A stretch of DNA of 41,719 nt from Thelocarpon superellum (Eukaryota), in NCBI GenBank assembly GCA_026025795.1, contig JAPEUG010000118.1, positions 1-41,719 of the forward strand, in the 5' to 3' direction. The stretch's first letter is position 1; each line of letters begins with the position of its first letter. The position numbers were made by a program, and so were the translations under genes. Positions 1-11,476 of the stretch are shown here, piece after piece. The notes beneath the pieces are model-generated. The model saw only the letters and a program-made list of their open reading frames with translations, was not told the DNA's origin and made no database searches.

Positions 1-74
1 TCGACGGTCTATGCATATGGCAAGTGGCATTCTGCCGCTCCGCTCCCATGCTCACCTCCCTCCCCCATGGACCA

Positions 75-3000
75 TCACAGCCTCCCGGCCATGACGTCCT
101 TTCGAAAGATCCGCACGCTGTACACATCGTAGAACTTGACGTTCTCGAGCGTCTCGATCTTCAGAAGCGGCTGCTTCTCGCCACCGTGATGGACGTGTTG
201 GAGGCCGTACGTCGTAAAGTTGAAGTCCGTGCTGATGAGCGTCTCTTCCTCGCTACAGTCGATTTCCGACGACGACGACGAATCGGAGTCTGTCGCTGCA
301 CCGGCGTCGTGGACGAGCACGTCGTTCTGGACGCCCACGGGTTTGCCCTTCCTCTTCTTGCTCGCCCTCGGCCGGCGTAAGAGACGCTCCACCGTGGCAT
401 CCAGCCCGATGTATTCCAGCTTGAGCTGCGGATGGTGGGCCACGTTATCGATGGCGAACTTGCGCAGCTCGCGCATCACCCAGGTACAGGTGTCATCCGT
501 GCGGAAGTTGATGATGTGCAGCGCCCGAAGACTGATCAGCCCGGAGAGAAACTGCAAGAGGAGATGCTGACCGGGAGGTTAGCTCGAGCTGCATCGAATC
601 CGAGACACGCAAGGCGGTCGGGAACACGTACAAAGCTACGCAGACCCATGCTGATGGCCAACTCTTCCAGCGCCTGGCCCCGTTTGGTGAGCAACTTCAT
701 CGTCTTGACATCCACGTCCCAGGTGTAGTCGTTCTCGTTCTTGATCATCAGACGCTTGAGCGTCTTCAGATGCGGCTTGAGCGCCTGCTGCCGAATCTGC
801 TCCATCACCACGCTGGTCTTGCCCGCCACCGATTCCACCTTGCACTTGCTGCTGCGCTCGAGAAGGAAGAGTTCCTCGACACGCGCGAGAACGTTCACCA
901 GCGCGAGAAACTTGGGGGTCACGTTGTCGGTGTTGATGCACCGCAAGTTGAGTGGCTGGAATCGATGGGTGTTGGCCAATAGCGTCCAGAAGGGCACCTG
1001 CGGTCCCACGTTGAGGAGCGTGATGCGACGGAGGTGCGACAGGTCGACGCAGCGCGACAGCACCGACGCCTTCATCGGGATCAGGTAGAGACTGAGGGAT
1101 TGCAAGGGGATCTTGCGCGTCGACCGGATGTAGTCGTGGATCGCTTCCTGCATCTCTTCCGCCCCCGACTTCCCTCCTCCAACGCTCGTTGCCGTCTTAC
1201 CCGTCGTATTGCCGCTCTTCGCCCGCGCCGCGGGAGGCTCGCCATCGACCTTTGTCCAGCTGTTCGTGGCGGGCTCGGCCTTGGCTCCCCCCGAGTGATG
1301 AGCATGACCGACCGATGTGGCTCCATTCTCCCCACCCGTCGTTGCTGCCACCGGAATTGAACCATCCCCGCACGCTTCTGCGTTGGCCTCTTGGTCCTCG
1401 GCGTCCGCCTCGTCACCGTCCAGCACATCCGGGTGTTCCAGGTCAATCTCCTCGACGCCGTGTCGACCCGTGGCCGACCCTGCCGTCGCCGCGATGGGAG
1501 TGGGCGCCACAGCCGACGGAGTCGTCACGTCTTCGGAAGCCTCCCTCTGTGCCGCGTCTCCATCCACCGCTTTTCCTTTGCCCTTCGCATCGGCATCGGC
1601 TACCGCCGTGCTGCTCGCGCCATCGGGGCTCTTATTGACCTCCAAGGCGCCCGTGCTCGACGGTCCAGCCTCGACCTCGACCTCGAGCCCGTGGCTGGAT
1701 GGCTCCGTGGGCGGCGCCTGGGCTTCTTGTTTGAGGCGCTCCGTCCGCTGGATGTCCTTGTTGGCCTTGATGAACTTCTCGGCCGACGTCTCAAACACCT
1801 TCAGCCACTCCTCGTCCCACGCCGCGCCCTGAGACGCGTGCTGCGCGTTGGTGCTGAAATTCTCCATCGCGCTCGTCAGTGCGTCCAGCAGATGTCGACT
1901 GGCGTCTCGCACCGCGTTGACGCTATCCTGGTGGATCGGAGGAGGAGGGGGCATCTCCGTCGTCTCGGCCTCCTTCTTCACCTCCGATGCCGCTTTTTCC
2001 ACGCCAAAGATCTTCCCCAGCACCGCTTCCTGCTGCAACCGTGCCGCCCGGATCTTGGCCTCTTTCTCCGTCGGCCCCTCCGCCGACATGCCCGGGGGCA
2101 GGGTGAGCGTCGGCTGTGGCCCGGCGTTGCCGAACTCATCCATCTCCTGATCCGAATCGTCCGAGTCTTCCGGCACCACTTTCCGCGCCTTGCTCGCCAA
2201 CGACTCAGACAGCGACAACTTGAGCCGCAGCAACGTCGTCGACGATTGCCGGACGCACGCGGCAATCTCTGGGACATAATCAAGCGTGTCCATGTCGAGC
2301 ACCGCCAGGCCGCTCAACCCCTTGAACCCGGAGAACGTGGGCGGCTCGGGCTTCAACGGCGCGACGGCCCGTGCCGCATCGCCGTGCTTGCTCGCAGGTC
2401 CTGCGCCAGCGGCGACGGAGGAGTAAGGTGGAGGCGCCGGCCCCGTCGCGGGCTCCGTCAAGGACGTCAGGATAGACAGCGGCTTCGAGTGAGGAGACGG
2501 CGGCTGTACAGACGAGGCGAACGGGAGCGGGGGAGGTGCCATGTACAGCGACGGTCCTGCTTGTAGACGGAGGTGGAGACGCCTCAACGTCGGGATCTGG
2601 TGTAGCGCTTTGAACAACTCCCGGCTGAGCTCGACGCGGATGTTCCAATGAAAGGTTTCCAACGCGACGGCCTTTCTCATCACCAGCACCAGCAGGGTAT
2701 TCATGAATTTGCCGCAGCTTTCGCCGTAGGAGTAGGACCGATAAGCCCGCTCGCCGCGCTCGCCGCCGCTGAGGGAATCCAGGCTGATCTCCTTCAGGTA
2801 TTGAGCGTGGTCATGCGGGCTGGTGACCATCGTGTCCAGGCCCCCGGCCAGCCCATCGATGGGCACTTCAAAGGCCGGGTCATCCTCGTCGGGGAAGACG
2901 ATGCTGAAGGTGCGGTAGAGTTGGGCGCATGCGAGGGCGTGCAAATGTCGCGAGGTGAGGGCCAGCACAATCAAGTCGCTGGTCGATGCCTGCGCGCGGC

Positions 3001-3170
3001 CGCGGGTCAGCACACGCACCCTTCACACCTGGCGTGGCGTGGGATGAGCTCACATGTTCGATGATGTTCCGCTGAATCTCCATGGGCAGGTCCATGAAGC
3101 ACCTGCGGGCCTGGACCTTGGCCTGGGCCTCACAGGCGTCGCCCGCTTCGTCCGGTCCAAGCGAGGCCAT
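75..3170 (-). CDS. F-box domain protein with LRR-like C-terminal region; model complement(join(75..566,632..2989,3054..3170))
   Basis: N-terminal F-box-like segment FMDLPMEIQRNIIEH|ASTSDLIVLALTSRHLH. Intron 2990-3053 (GTGAGC..GCTGAC..CAG) and intron 567-631 (GTACGT..GCTAAC..CAG) join three ORF-track frames. Leu-rich repeats (LKRLMIKNEN, LEELAIS, LRALHIINF) flank a long low-complexity Ala/Glu/Gly insert. Confidence 0.8.
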
Positions 3171-3464
3171 GGTGAGGCACTGCTACGGACATGAGCGGTT
3201 GCCTCGCGGGGTCGAGCAGACGGGTGGAGGGCACAGGTGGTAGGAGCTGTGCTGGTACCCGCAGTCCGCGGCCAGAGACGTTCGGAGGAGGAGAAGGCTA
3301 GATGGTCTTGTCACCGCGGCGATGGCGCCGAGCCGCTCCGAACATCAGCGGCCACGACGGAGGGAATTTGCAGATGCAGTAAGCACGAGTCCGAGCAGAG
3401 GATGATTGAGACAGCTGTGACCGTTCACGCACGTTCGGGCTGGGAGCTGGTGAGCTGTTGAGCT

Positions 3465-3494
3465 GTTTGGCCGTTTGGCCGTTTGGCCGTTTGG
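3465..3494. repeat. Tandem repeat (GTTTGGCC)x3.75 upstream of the F-box gene
   Basis: gtttggcc gtttggcc gtttggcc gtttgg read directly. Confidence 0.85.
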
Positions 3495-3826
3495 GAATGA
3501 GGTAGTGGTGAAGCCGGACGTTTCGCGAATTGATGGCACGATGGCATCGACTTGGGATGAGTTCTTCTTGCTACCAACATGGACGAGGCTAATTAAACAG
3601 ACGTTACAGCTCGTAGGACGCGTTCGACTTTACTGCATGTCTCGGACAGTTTCGTGCCATGGCGGCCTGGACTCATCGTGATCTATCGTGCTACCTACCA
3701 ACGGTACGATCCCTTTCGCCGAACGGCTAGCTAGGCAGACTGAGACATCTGGAGAGTCGGAGGACAGGGGGATCCAGCTCATGGTGCATCGGCCTCGGTG
3801 GAGCTGGGCACGGTCTCAGAGGAAGA

Positions 3827-6754
3827 CTAGTGCTCCTCAACCGCTCGTGCCTCCACGTCCACCTTCCCGTCCACCTCCATCTCTTTGGAACTGGTTAGCG
3901 CCTCTTTGACGTCGATGGTGTCGTCGTCTTTGACAATCGTGATCAGACCGTTGGAGTCGCCATTGGGAGCACCCTGCTCTTCGCCGTTGATGGGCGTTGC
4001 AGCAGTATCCACATCGTTCGGCGTGTCGGTGCCACTTCGTGGCGGATGACGGGGCGGCATATGTTCCAGCGGCGTGGTGTCGTTGAACAGACGCAGGAGC
4101 ATCGCGCTAGAAAGGTCAGTCCGGCGTCCGGACGTGAAGTGGCGCGCGGGAGACCCACCTTCGATCTTCTTTCGGCAGCATGAGATTGAGCGAATGCAAG
4201 CTTCGCCACAGCGGCAAGACCATGCGTTGCCTGTCGCGGATGAGGGCCGGGTCAAGGTGTGGTGGAACGTGACACTTACTCGAAGCCATCGTCGCCTTTC
4301 GTCGGCTCCACTTTCAGCACGCAACATCCCATGGCCAGATCACGCACACGCGTGCCAATCTCCGCCAATGCCGTCCAGCCGTCGTGGCTGACCTTGGGAA
4401 ACATCTCCACCAGCAGTCGCCGCAACGTCTCCCGGCTGTGCATCCGCACCACCCGCTGCTCACCCACCCAGCCCTCGAGGAGGGGCATGCCCTCGGTCTG
4501 GATCCGCCATTTGCACGTCTCGATGCGCTGCACATCTTGCCGCATGAACATCTTGACCCCGCAATGCACGAACTTGATGCCCTTGCTCTCGTTCTCCGTC
4601 AAAATCTCCCGCGCCAGCTCGGAGCTGTAGTAGATCGTCTTCACCGGGTCGCCCGTCGCATTGCGCACCAGAAACCGATCGCGCGGAAAGAGCGGCGAGA
4701 CGCCGTAGAAGTCGTAGATCTTCTGGAGCTCGGGATGATCGGGGGAAAGATATTTGAAGGGCTCCTCGTATGATCCACCCTTCGCCTTGGTCGATGGATC
4801 GGGACGAGCGGCAGCTGGTTCCACTTCCGGTGCCGGCGGGGATGCCGACGCTCGTGGGGACCCCGCGCCTGGCGGCGGCGGCCAGTGCACCGGCCGATCC
4901 TCATCGCCCCGTGGCGCCGCCGGGTCCGCGTCGTCCTTGACCTTGAGGCGCTTCGTCGCCCCCGCCGCATCAAGTGCGTCGTCTTGCAGCTCGACGCCTC
5001 GCTTCAACGTCGACGACCGGTCTGGCGCATTCTCTTGATTCTGCCGCGCCGCGGCGGAAGCATCTTCCAGCATGTCATCGTGCGGCGGCAGGATCTCGTC
5101 GAGCGCGTCGAGTTTCTCCACCACGTCCGTGCTGTGCTCCACCGTGTTCAGGATGCCTTGAATGGTGGCGCTGATGAGCGGTTTGGGCGCCGGGGGCTTC
5201 GTCGCCGCTGGCTTGGGCTCTCCTTCTGGGCGCGCTCGAATCTCAGCCTTCTTCTCGAGTACGGCAATGAAGAAGCCTCCGGTGTCTTGCAGGTGGGGAT
5301 AGACCCTCATACATCGGCCGAGGGGGAGCGGTGCCGGGGCCTGACCCTCCGGCGGCGGGGATGATGAAGGCGGGAACATTCCTTCCGTCAGCCGCCCGAG
5401 CCCGTCTTCGCCATGTGCTTTACGTTGCATCTCGACCTCGTCCCATGAGCTCCAGATGCGACCCGTCTTGTCCATGACGGCCCAGCGCGTGAGGCCGGGA
5501 CGCCGGATCAAGGCCGGCAACTCGGTCGCGGTGTCGAGGATGGCGACTTTCGCCAGACCCCCGCAGCGGTCGACCGCGCTCGCCACCACCGCCTCGTTCT
5601 CGATCGGATTCATGCTACAGGTGGAGTAGACAACACGTCCGCCGACCTTCAACATCTGCAGCGCCCGCACCAAGATCCGTGCCTGCGTCGTGTGCAAGCC
5701 CAGGGCATTCGCCGGAGACCAGTCTCGCCACACGTTGGGGTTCTTGCGGCTGGTCCCGTCGCCGGAGCACGGCACGTCGGCGAGGATACGATCAAACTTG
5801 AGCCATCGAGTCCGCGGTCGCTGTCCTTGGGGGCCCGGGGTGGAGGTTAAGCGAATGGACGGGAACATGGTGGCGTCATGGTTGGTCACGATGAGATTGG
5901 GCGAATTCAGGCGCTTCATCTGATGGATCAGCATGTGGCTGCGCTTGTAATCCGCGTCGTTGGCGATGAGCAGGCCCGTCGACCGCCCATCGTCCGTCCA
6001 TTCGTCCGTCGCGGTTCCATCCTCCTCCACCACCAACTCTGCGGCTGTCTCCACGTCCTCGGGGCTAGGGGCGCGTCCTTCATGCTTGGCGATCCGTCGC
6101 AGGCGCTGCCGCACGCGCAGCTCCTCACCGGCATGGACCATCTCGATCAATTGAGCGGCCTTGCTGCCGGGGGCCGCGCACATGTCCAGGACGGTCATCC
6201 CAGGACGGATGTCCATCAGCAAGGGCGGGATCATGCTCACGGCCTCCTGCCGGCTGATGTTGCCCACGCTCGTCTCGGACACAAGGAAGCGCTGGAAGGA
6301 GGCGAAGGGCGGGTGGCGGCGCACGATGTTCTTGGGGGTGGTCATGGCCCAGGCCAATTCGTCTGGGTACCACGGGATCACAAACGGAGGATCGACCTTT
6401 TCGCCCTCGTAGCTATCGATGGCCGCGATCTCCGGAACATAGTGCTCCCGGAGGCGTCGCTGAACCGAGAGTGCGTGCCTGTGGGGCCGTCAGTGGGATG
6501 TATGGACACGAAAGGACCGTGTCAGGTCAATCTGACCCTTTGGATCCAGCAAAACGAAAACTATTCGGCAGCTCACGGCGAAGGGCGGCCCAGAACTGCT
6601 CATGTTCGTCCTCCTCCACCACTTTGAGCGCATCGTAATATCGTTGGAAGCGCTCATTCTCTTTCGGGAGGTCCTTGAAGTCCTGACGCGGCGCCGATCG
6701 ACGACCGCCCCGACCACGGCCACCGCCGAAGCCTTTCCCACCCCGCTTACCCAT
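3827..6754 (-). CDS. NCL1: Multisite tRNA (cytosine-C5)-methyltransferase Ncl1/Trm4 (NSUN2 family); model complement(join(3827..4106,4159..4230,4280..6478,6537..6754))
   Basis: RsmB/NOP2-family motifs: GNISRQEAVSMIPPLL, VLDMCAAPGSK (SAM binding), FDRILADVPCSGDGT (motif IV Cys), VVYSTCSMNPIENEAVV (motif VI Cys), RVYPHLQDTGGFFIA. Introns 6479-6536, 4231-4279 and 4107-4158 have GT..CTGAC/TTGAC..YAG signals and restore the frame. Confidence 0.95.
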
Positions 6755-6907
6755 CGTTCCTTCCCGTCACCAAGTTGAAAGAATGAGCATAGCAGACATT
6801 TGGCAATGTGCGGCTGGTGTCCTGTTACCCCGCTGGGTCGATGAAGATATTCGACATCCCACACAAACACTGCTAACCATATATCGTTAGCCAGCAGATG
6901 CGGTGGA

Positions 6908-6916
6908 TCACGTGAC
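6908..6916. promoter_or_regulatory. TCACGTGAC bHLH (Cbf1/CDEI-type) E-box about 155 nt upstream of NCL1
   Basis: Exact motif match in the upstream region; function is inferred only. Confidence 0.3.
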
Positions 6917-8426
6917 CTGAAGGTCCGACTTTGTGCCGTCGTACGCAGTCTCGATAAGGTGCAGCTGGACCCTGAGCGAGAAGCTCGTGTCACGCTTTTC
7001 TACAAGCATTGGCACCGCAGATTGAACCGGACATCCATCAAGCGCTTCATTCACCGTGTTATCGATCGATCCGACCGCCGCGTGATCACTACGAGTAGCT
7101 ACTGAGCCCTCCAGGGTTGAGGGAGGGCGCATCGTATCGTACGGCTACTTTCAGGGGACGCGATTCAGCCGCGGTGGCCGAGCTTGAAACATGTAAGACC
7201 GTTGCATGAATGTTGCACAGGGTCGGGTGGCTGGCGGGAAATGTGTTTTGGCGCGCCACGACCTCTGGCAAGAGCCGAGCAGCAGTAGCCTCAGGTGAAG
7301 GGCACGCCTTGTCTGTACCGGGAGGTCGTTGACAAGCCATCACTGATGCGGAGATTAACTGGGCCCGGCAGCCTGCTTGACACGGCCGAGGTCGATAGTC
7401 GTATCTGGCCCCCACAAGTCTAGCACAGTGTCATTGGACGGGGAGTTGGCTCAAGGAAGCGCACAGGTCGCTCAGCTGTCCACGTCGAAATTTGGGCGTC
7501 CTTGGGAATGTGAAGGATGACTGCAGCGCCATAGGCCGGGGGGGCAGCGACGGCGGCCGTCTAGGTCGAAAAGAGCATGGCCGTGGGAGGTGCGCGCCGA
7601 CATGGACCACTAGGCGTGCGTTGGCGTTCTCGTTACGGCTGAAGCTCGGAAGTTGGGGGCCCAGACGGTGCACCCAGCTCGGCGGCAGACGCAAGCGACC
7701 AGGGCAGGCCGCGACGACGAGGAGGCATACAAGTAGAGGCTCGGCGACTGCCTCGACATCCGAGGGACGCGTCGACGCCGGTCCCGGTCGCGAGACAGGG
7801 CCATGAGGTAAGGATGGCTTCATGGTCCGACCCTGCCCCAGATGGCGGGGGAATTTCTCCCGCGCCAGGACTCCAGTCCAGGTGCGGGCATCATCAAATT
7901 CGCCAAGGGTGAGTGACTGGTCCCAGTACGGGTACCTTGCCAGAAATGATTCGAGGTGCTCCAGGGTCGCGATCAGCCACTGACTAGTGCCTTCTTGCGC
8001 TGTGGCGAGCCTAGCAAGGCTGAAAGCAATAGTGCCCGCACCGCAGGTCTGAGCGTCGCGACCGCGTTTCCCCTCAGATAGCAGTACACTTTGGCCGCTG
8101 CCCTCCCCCCCTTTCGTCCAATCATAGCGACTTGGCGTCTTTTGGACCCCGTCCGCGTCGGAGGGTTTGCGACCGGGCAACTGTTACCGTGCTGGCCTAC
8201 GGTGATCGTAGTCGTAGTCGAGCTCCGGCGCCGTGTCGCTGCGCCTCGCCTCGCCCCTTGACCCCGTCGACGGGCCGCATTCTCGAGGTGAAAACAACCT
8301 TCTTCTCACCATCACTACCATAATTCTTCTCTTCGTGCTGGATCCTCCGTACCAGTAACCTCTATTCTGTGACCCGCTTGCCCCACCAGTCTCTCCCTTC
8401 TCCCTTACTCTTCGCTGTTCAGCACC

Positions 8427-9162
8427 ATGGCCACCCAAGTCGGCGACAACAAGGAGGCGTACGGCCAGCCGGCCGTGGGCGTGGAGCAGACGCAGCTCCA
8501 GGCACCGCCGGCCGAGGGCTACGCTCCGCAACCGCAACCGCAAGCACCGACTGGGATTGTGCCGGGCCCGACAAATGCGGGCCCCTTTCGAGCCTGGCAG
8601 ACGAGTTTCTGGGACTGCTTCAATCCCTTTGACGTCTGTAAGTCTCGCCTGAAGAGATTCCGTCGACGCCGTGTATCCTGTCCGACATCGTCGCTGGCAG
8701 GTCGCTGATGGCAGTGGTGGTGGGCAGGCTTCCTGTCTTGCTGTTGTCCGTGCATCCAGTTCGGCAAGACGCAACACCGTCTCGAGGACCCCAGCATGAC
8801 GGGGTACAACGCCTTCAACGGCAACGTACGTTCTTCTCCCCTCCTGCTCACCCGCTGGGCGCTCAGGAGCATTGCTAACATGACGATAGTGCCTCGGGTT
8901 CTGTGCCCTGGCCTACTGCGGCGGTCTCCACTGGGTCTTCATGATCATCAAGCGTGGCGAGATGCGCCAGAAATTCAACCTCGATGGCTCGACCGGCGGT
9001 GACATCGTCCGTGCCTTGTGCTGCGCCTGCTGCGAGCTCGTGCAGGAGGAGAAGGAGTCCCTCCTCCTCACCGCCGAGCTGACGGGTGGTGCGGCCGCGC
9101 CGCAGGGCTATCAGAAGGAGACGACGGGCATGCAATACCCCGCTCAGCCAGCCGGCCCTTGA
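8427..9162 (+). CDS. PLAC8/DUF614-family cysteine-rich protein; model join(8427..8637,8728..8825,8890..9162)
   Basis: Spliced product reads WQTSFWDCFNPFDVC-FLSCCCPCIQFGKTQHRL...KRGEMRQKFNLDGSTGGDIVRALCCACCELVQEEKE, the PLAC8 pattern (WxxxxxDC, CCPC, RxxxRxxxxLxG, CxxCxxxQ). Introns 8638-8727 (GTAAGT..GCTGAT..CAG) and 8826-8889 (GTACGT..GCTAAC..TAG). CT-rich leader at about 8296-8415. Confidence 0.9.
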
Positions 9163-9823
9163 AGGATGGCGTGCATCGCTTCTTGGACAGCCAACATGCG
9201 CTCATTCGTGCGATGATTCTTTTTTGCTTCCACCGTGCTTTGTTTTCTGTGGTGACTTGGGCCGGATGAGAGAAAGAGAAGGAATGTGGGAGCTGTGGTG
9301 GGGGGCAATGACCGAGCTGTTCTTCGGCGACGATGCTCGCACACAGGCAGATGGGGTCGGCGAGTGCGTGTCTCGTATCTCGTGTCTCGTGTTGCCTCGT
9401 CCTTCGGTCTTCGCTGCCCCGGCTATTCGGAGCGAATTGCCGGATTATAATAATACTACCGGCTTCCAGCGTGTCTAGTCCACGTGGGGATCTACCGTAC
9501 GTAACGGAGCGGGTGATGCTTGGCCGGGTCTATGAGCACCGCTGCGACTAGCAAGATCCCCGAGGCAGGAAGGAGGGTGGTGGGACGTGCCATCATGCAT
9601 GGCATCATCGATCGTTGCCCGGCGAGGCGATGCTGGGCGCCGCTGGACGACACTGGACAATTCTTTCGTCTGGGAGTTGGTTCCTTCGGGTCGCACAGGG
9701 CGTTAGGGCGTTATGCCTCGGCATCAACGGCGCGTCTCCACCCCCGCCATCGACGATCCCAAACTTCGGCCGTAACGACGACCACCAAAGGCTTCCCCGC
9801 AATCGGGAGGATGGGCAGACGCG

Positions 9824-9829
9824 TATAAA
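9824..9829 (+). promoter_or_regulatory. TATA box (TATAAA) of the class II aldolase gene
   Basis: TATAAATA in a GC-rich background about 175 nt upstream of ATG 10000. Confidence 0.6.
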
Positions 9830-9999
9830 TATGGCGTGGTAGATGCCGTGGATGGCTCTCTGGTCGGGACTCAGTAGTGTCCTTGGTTGCACCAAAGATC
9901 CCTCTCCTTGCGTACGCTGGTTTCCGTAGCTTTCTCACCGGATACGCCCGTCCCGATACTATCGATCGCTTTCACACATCCTGTACCGCATCTTCGACC

Positions 10000-11061
10000 A
10001 TGGCTCCCGTGTCCACCGACGGGGAGCAAAGCAACGGCCACGGCGCCAGCGCGGTGGCCGTCGCGCCCCTCGAGCCCGGCATCTCGGCGGAGCAGCAAGC
10101 CAAGGCGTTAGGCATCCCGTCGCCACCGCAATTCACCGACAAATACGAAGAGCGGAAATACCTGAAAGGCCGGCTGGCCCTGGCCTTTCGCATCTTTGGT
10201 AAATACGGCTTCGACGAGGGTGTTGCGGGGCACATCACGCTGCGGGTCGGTCCAGCCTCCGCACCCGAACTGCCGGGAGCATTTCTGACAGTCCCTGACC
10301 AGGACCCCGTTGACCCCACGACCTTCTGGGTGAACCCATTCGGGGTCTCGTTCTCACTCATCAAGGCCTCGGATCTGATTCAAGTCAACCACGACGGCAA
10401 GGTCATCGATGGCGGTCCCGTCCGGATCCTCAATACCGCGGCCTACATGATTCACTCCAACAGTAGGTCTTTGATCCCCGATGCGACCTGGCGGTAGAAG
10501 AAGGATTGATTGTTCCTGTGCAGTCCACGCCGCCCGGCCCGACGTCAACTGCGCCGCCCACAGCCACAGTCTGTACGGGCGTAGTTTCTGCACGCTCGGC
10601 CGCGAGCTGGACATCATCACGCAGGACTCGTGCGCCTTCTACCAGGTATGCCTCTCGGCGCTTCGCTCCCACCTCGGTCGTGGACGGCCCCCTGACGAGC
10701 GCAGGACCACGTGCTCTACGAATCCTTCAACGGGATCGTGCTGGCGGACGAAGAGGGCAAGGAGATTGCCAAGACGCTGGGCGACAAGAAGGCAGCGCTG
10801 CTGCAAAACCACGGCATTCTGACCGTCGCCGGCACCATCGAGGCGGCCATCTTCTGGTTCGTGTCGCTGGAGAAGTGCTGCCATACCCAGCTCCTGGCGG
10901 ATGCGGCGGCGGGTGGGCGCGGCGAGAAGCCGAAGCCCATCAACGCGGACGACGCGGCGTATACGTACAAGACGGTGGGCACGCCCATCGGTGGCTACTT
11001 CAGCGCCAAGCCCCTCTTTGACTTGATGCACGTCGAGACCAAGGGCGATTATCTCAACTAG
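10000..11061 (+). CDS. Class II aldolase/adducin-domain protein (Mug14/NovR-like); model join(10000..10245,10303..10462,10524..10645,10705..11061)
   Basis: Motifs FDEGVAGHITLR-DP, FWVNPFG, IHAARPDVNCAAHSHS (Zn-binding HxH) and ALLQNHGILT (third His). Introns 10246-10302, 10463-10523 and 10646-10704 have GT..AG ends and branch-like sites. Confidence 0.92.
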
Positions 11062-11476
11062 CGCCGCTCAAGGCGCCTCGCCCCAGGTTGTGGCAATGGG
11101 AAGAACGGAGGGTCCGCGTGGGTTTGGTGGTGAAGGTCGAGTAACGTGCTATGAATGCGTGCAAGAAACTGTGTGACGCGGAGAGAGATGTGATGCGTGA
11201 GGGTCATTGTATTCTGCCGTGGTCATTCCCTTGCAGCAATCGCAATGTACGAGTCCTTTACGATACCAATACCCCATCCATCTATCCAAGTCTATCTGAA
11301 AGAAATGTGACAAGCCAGCATCCTGTCACCTAGCCCGCGGAATCTGCCCACGCCCTCAAACACATCCACGTCCGTCGCCGCGATCTTCCGCTCTATAGGG
11401 GTATCAAGACTGACTCAGCCTCTGGAGTTGGGGCTGGGACTAGCGATGCTACAACAACCGACAAACGTCCCGAGAA

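Noticed and set aside
75..89. F-box C-terminus ..AGRL as a peroxisomal PTS1, and stop-codon readthrough contexts of all genes
   Set aside because: GRL is not a canonical PTS1, and none of the modelled stops has the TGA-CTA readthrough context.
7431..8180. 249-aa minus-strand ORF in the NCL1-PLAC8 intergenic region
   Set aside because: Non-ATG start, no domain, Pro/Arg-rich composition typical of non-coding GC-rich DNA, and no convincing splice model.
9697..9713. AGGGCGTTAGGGCGTTA, telomere-like
   Set aside because: Only two copies of an 8-mer containing one TTAGGG; compatible with chance.
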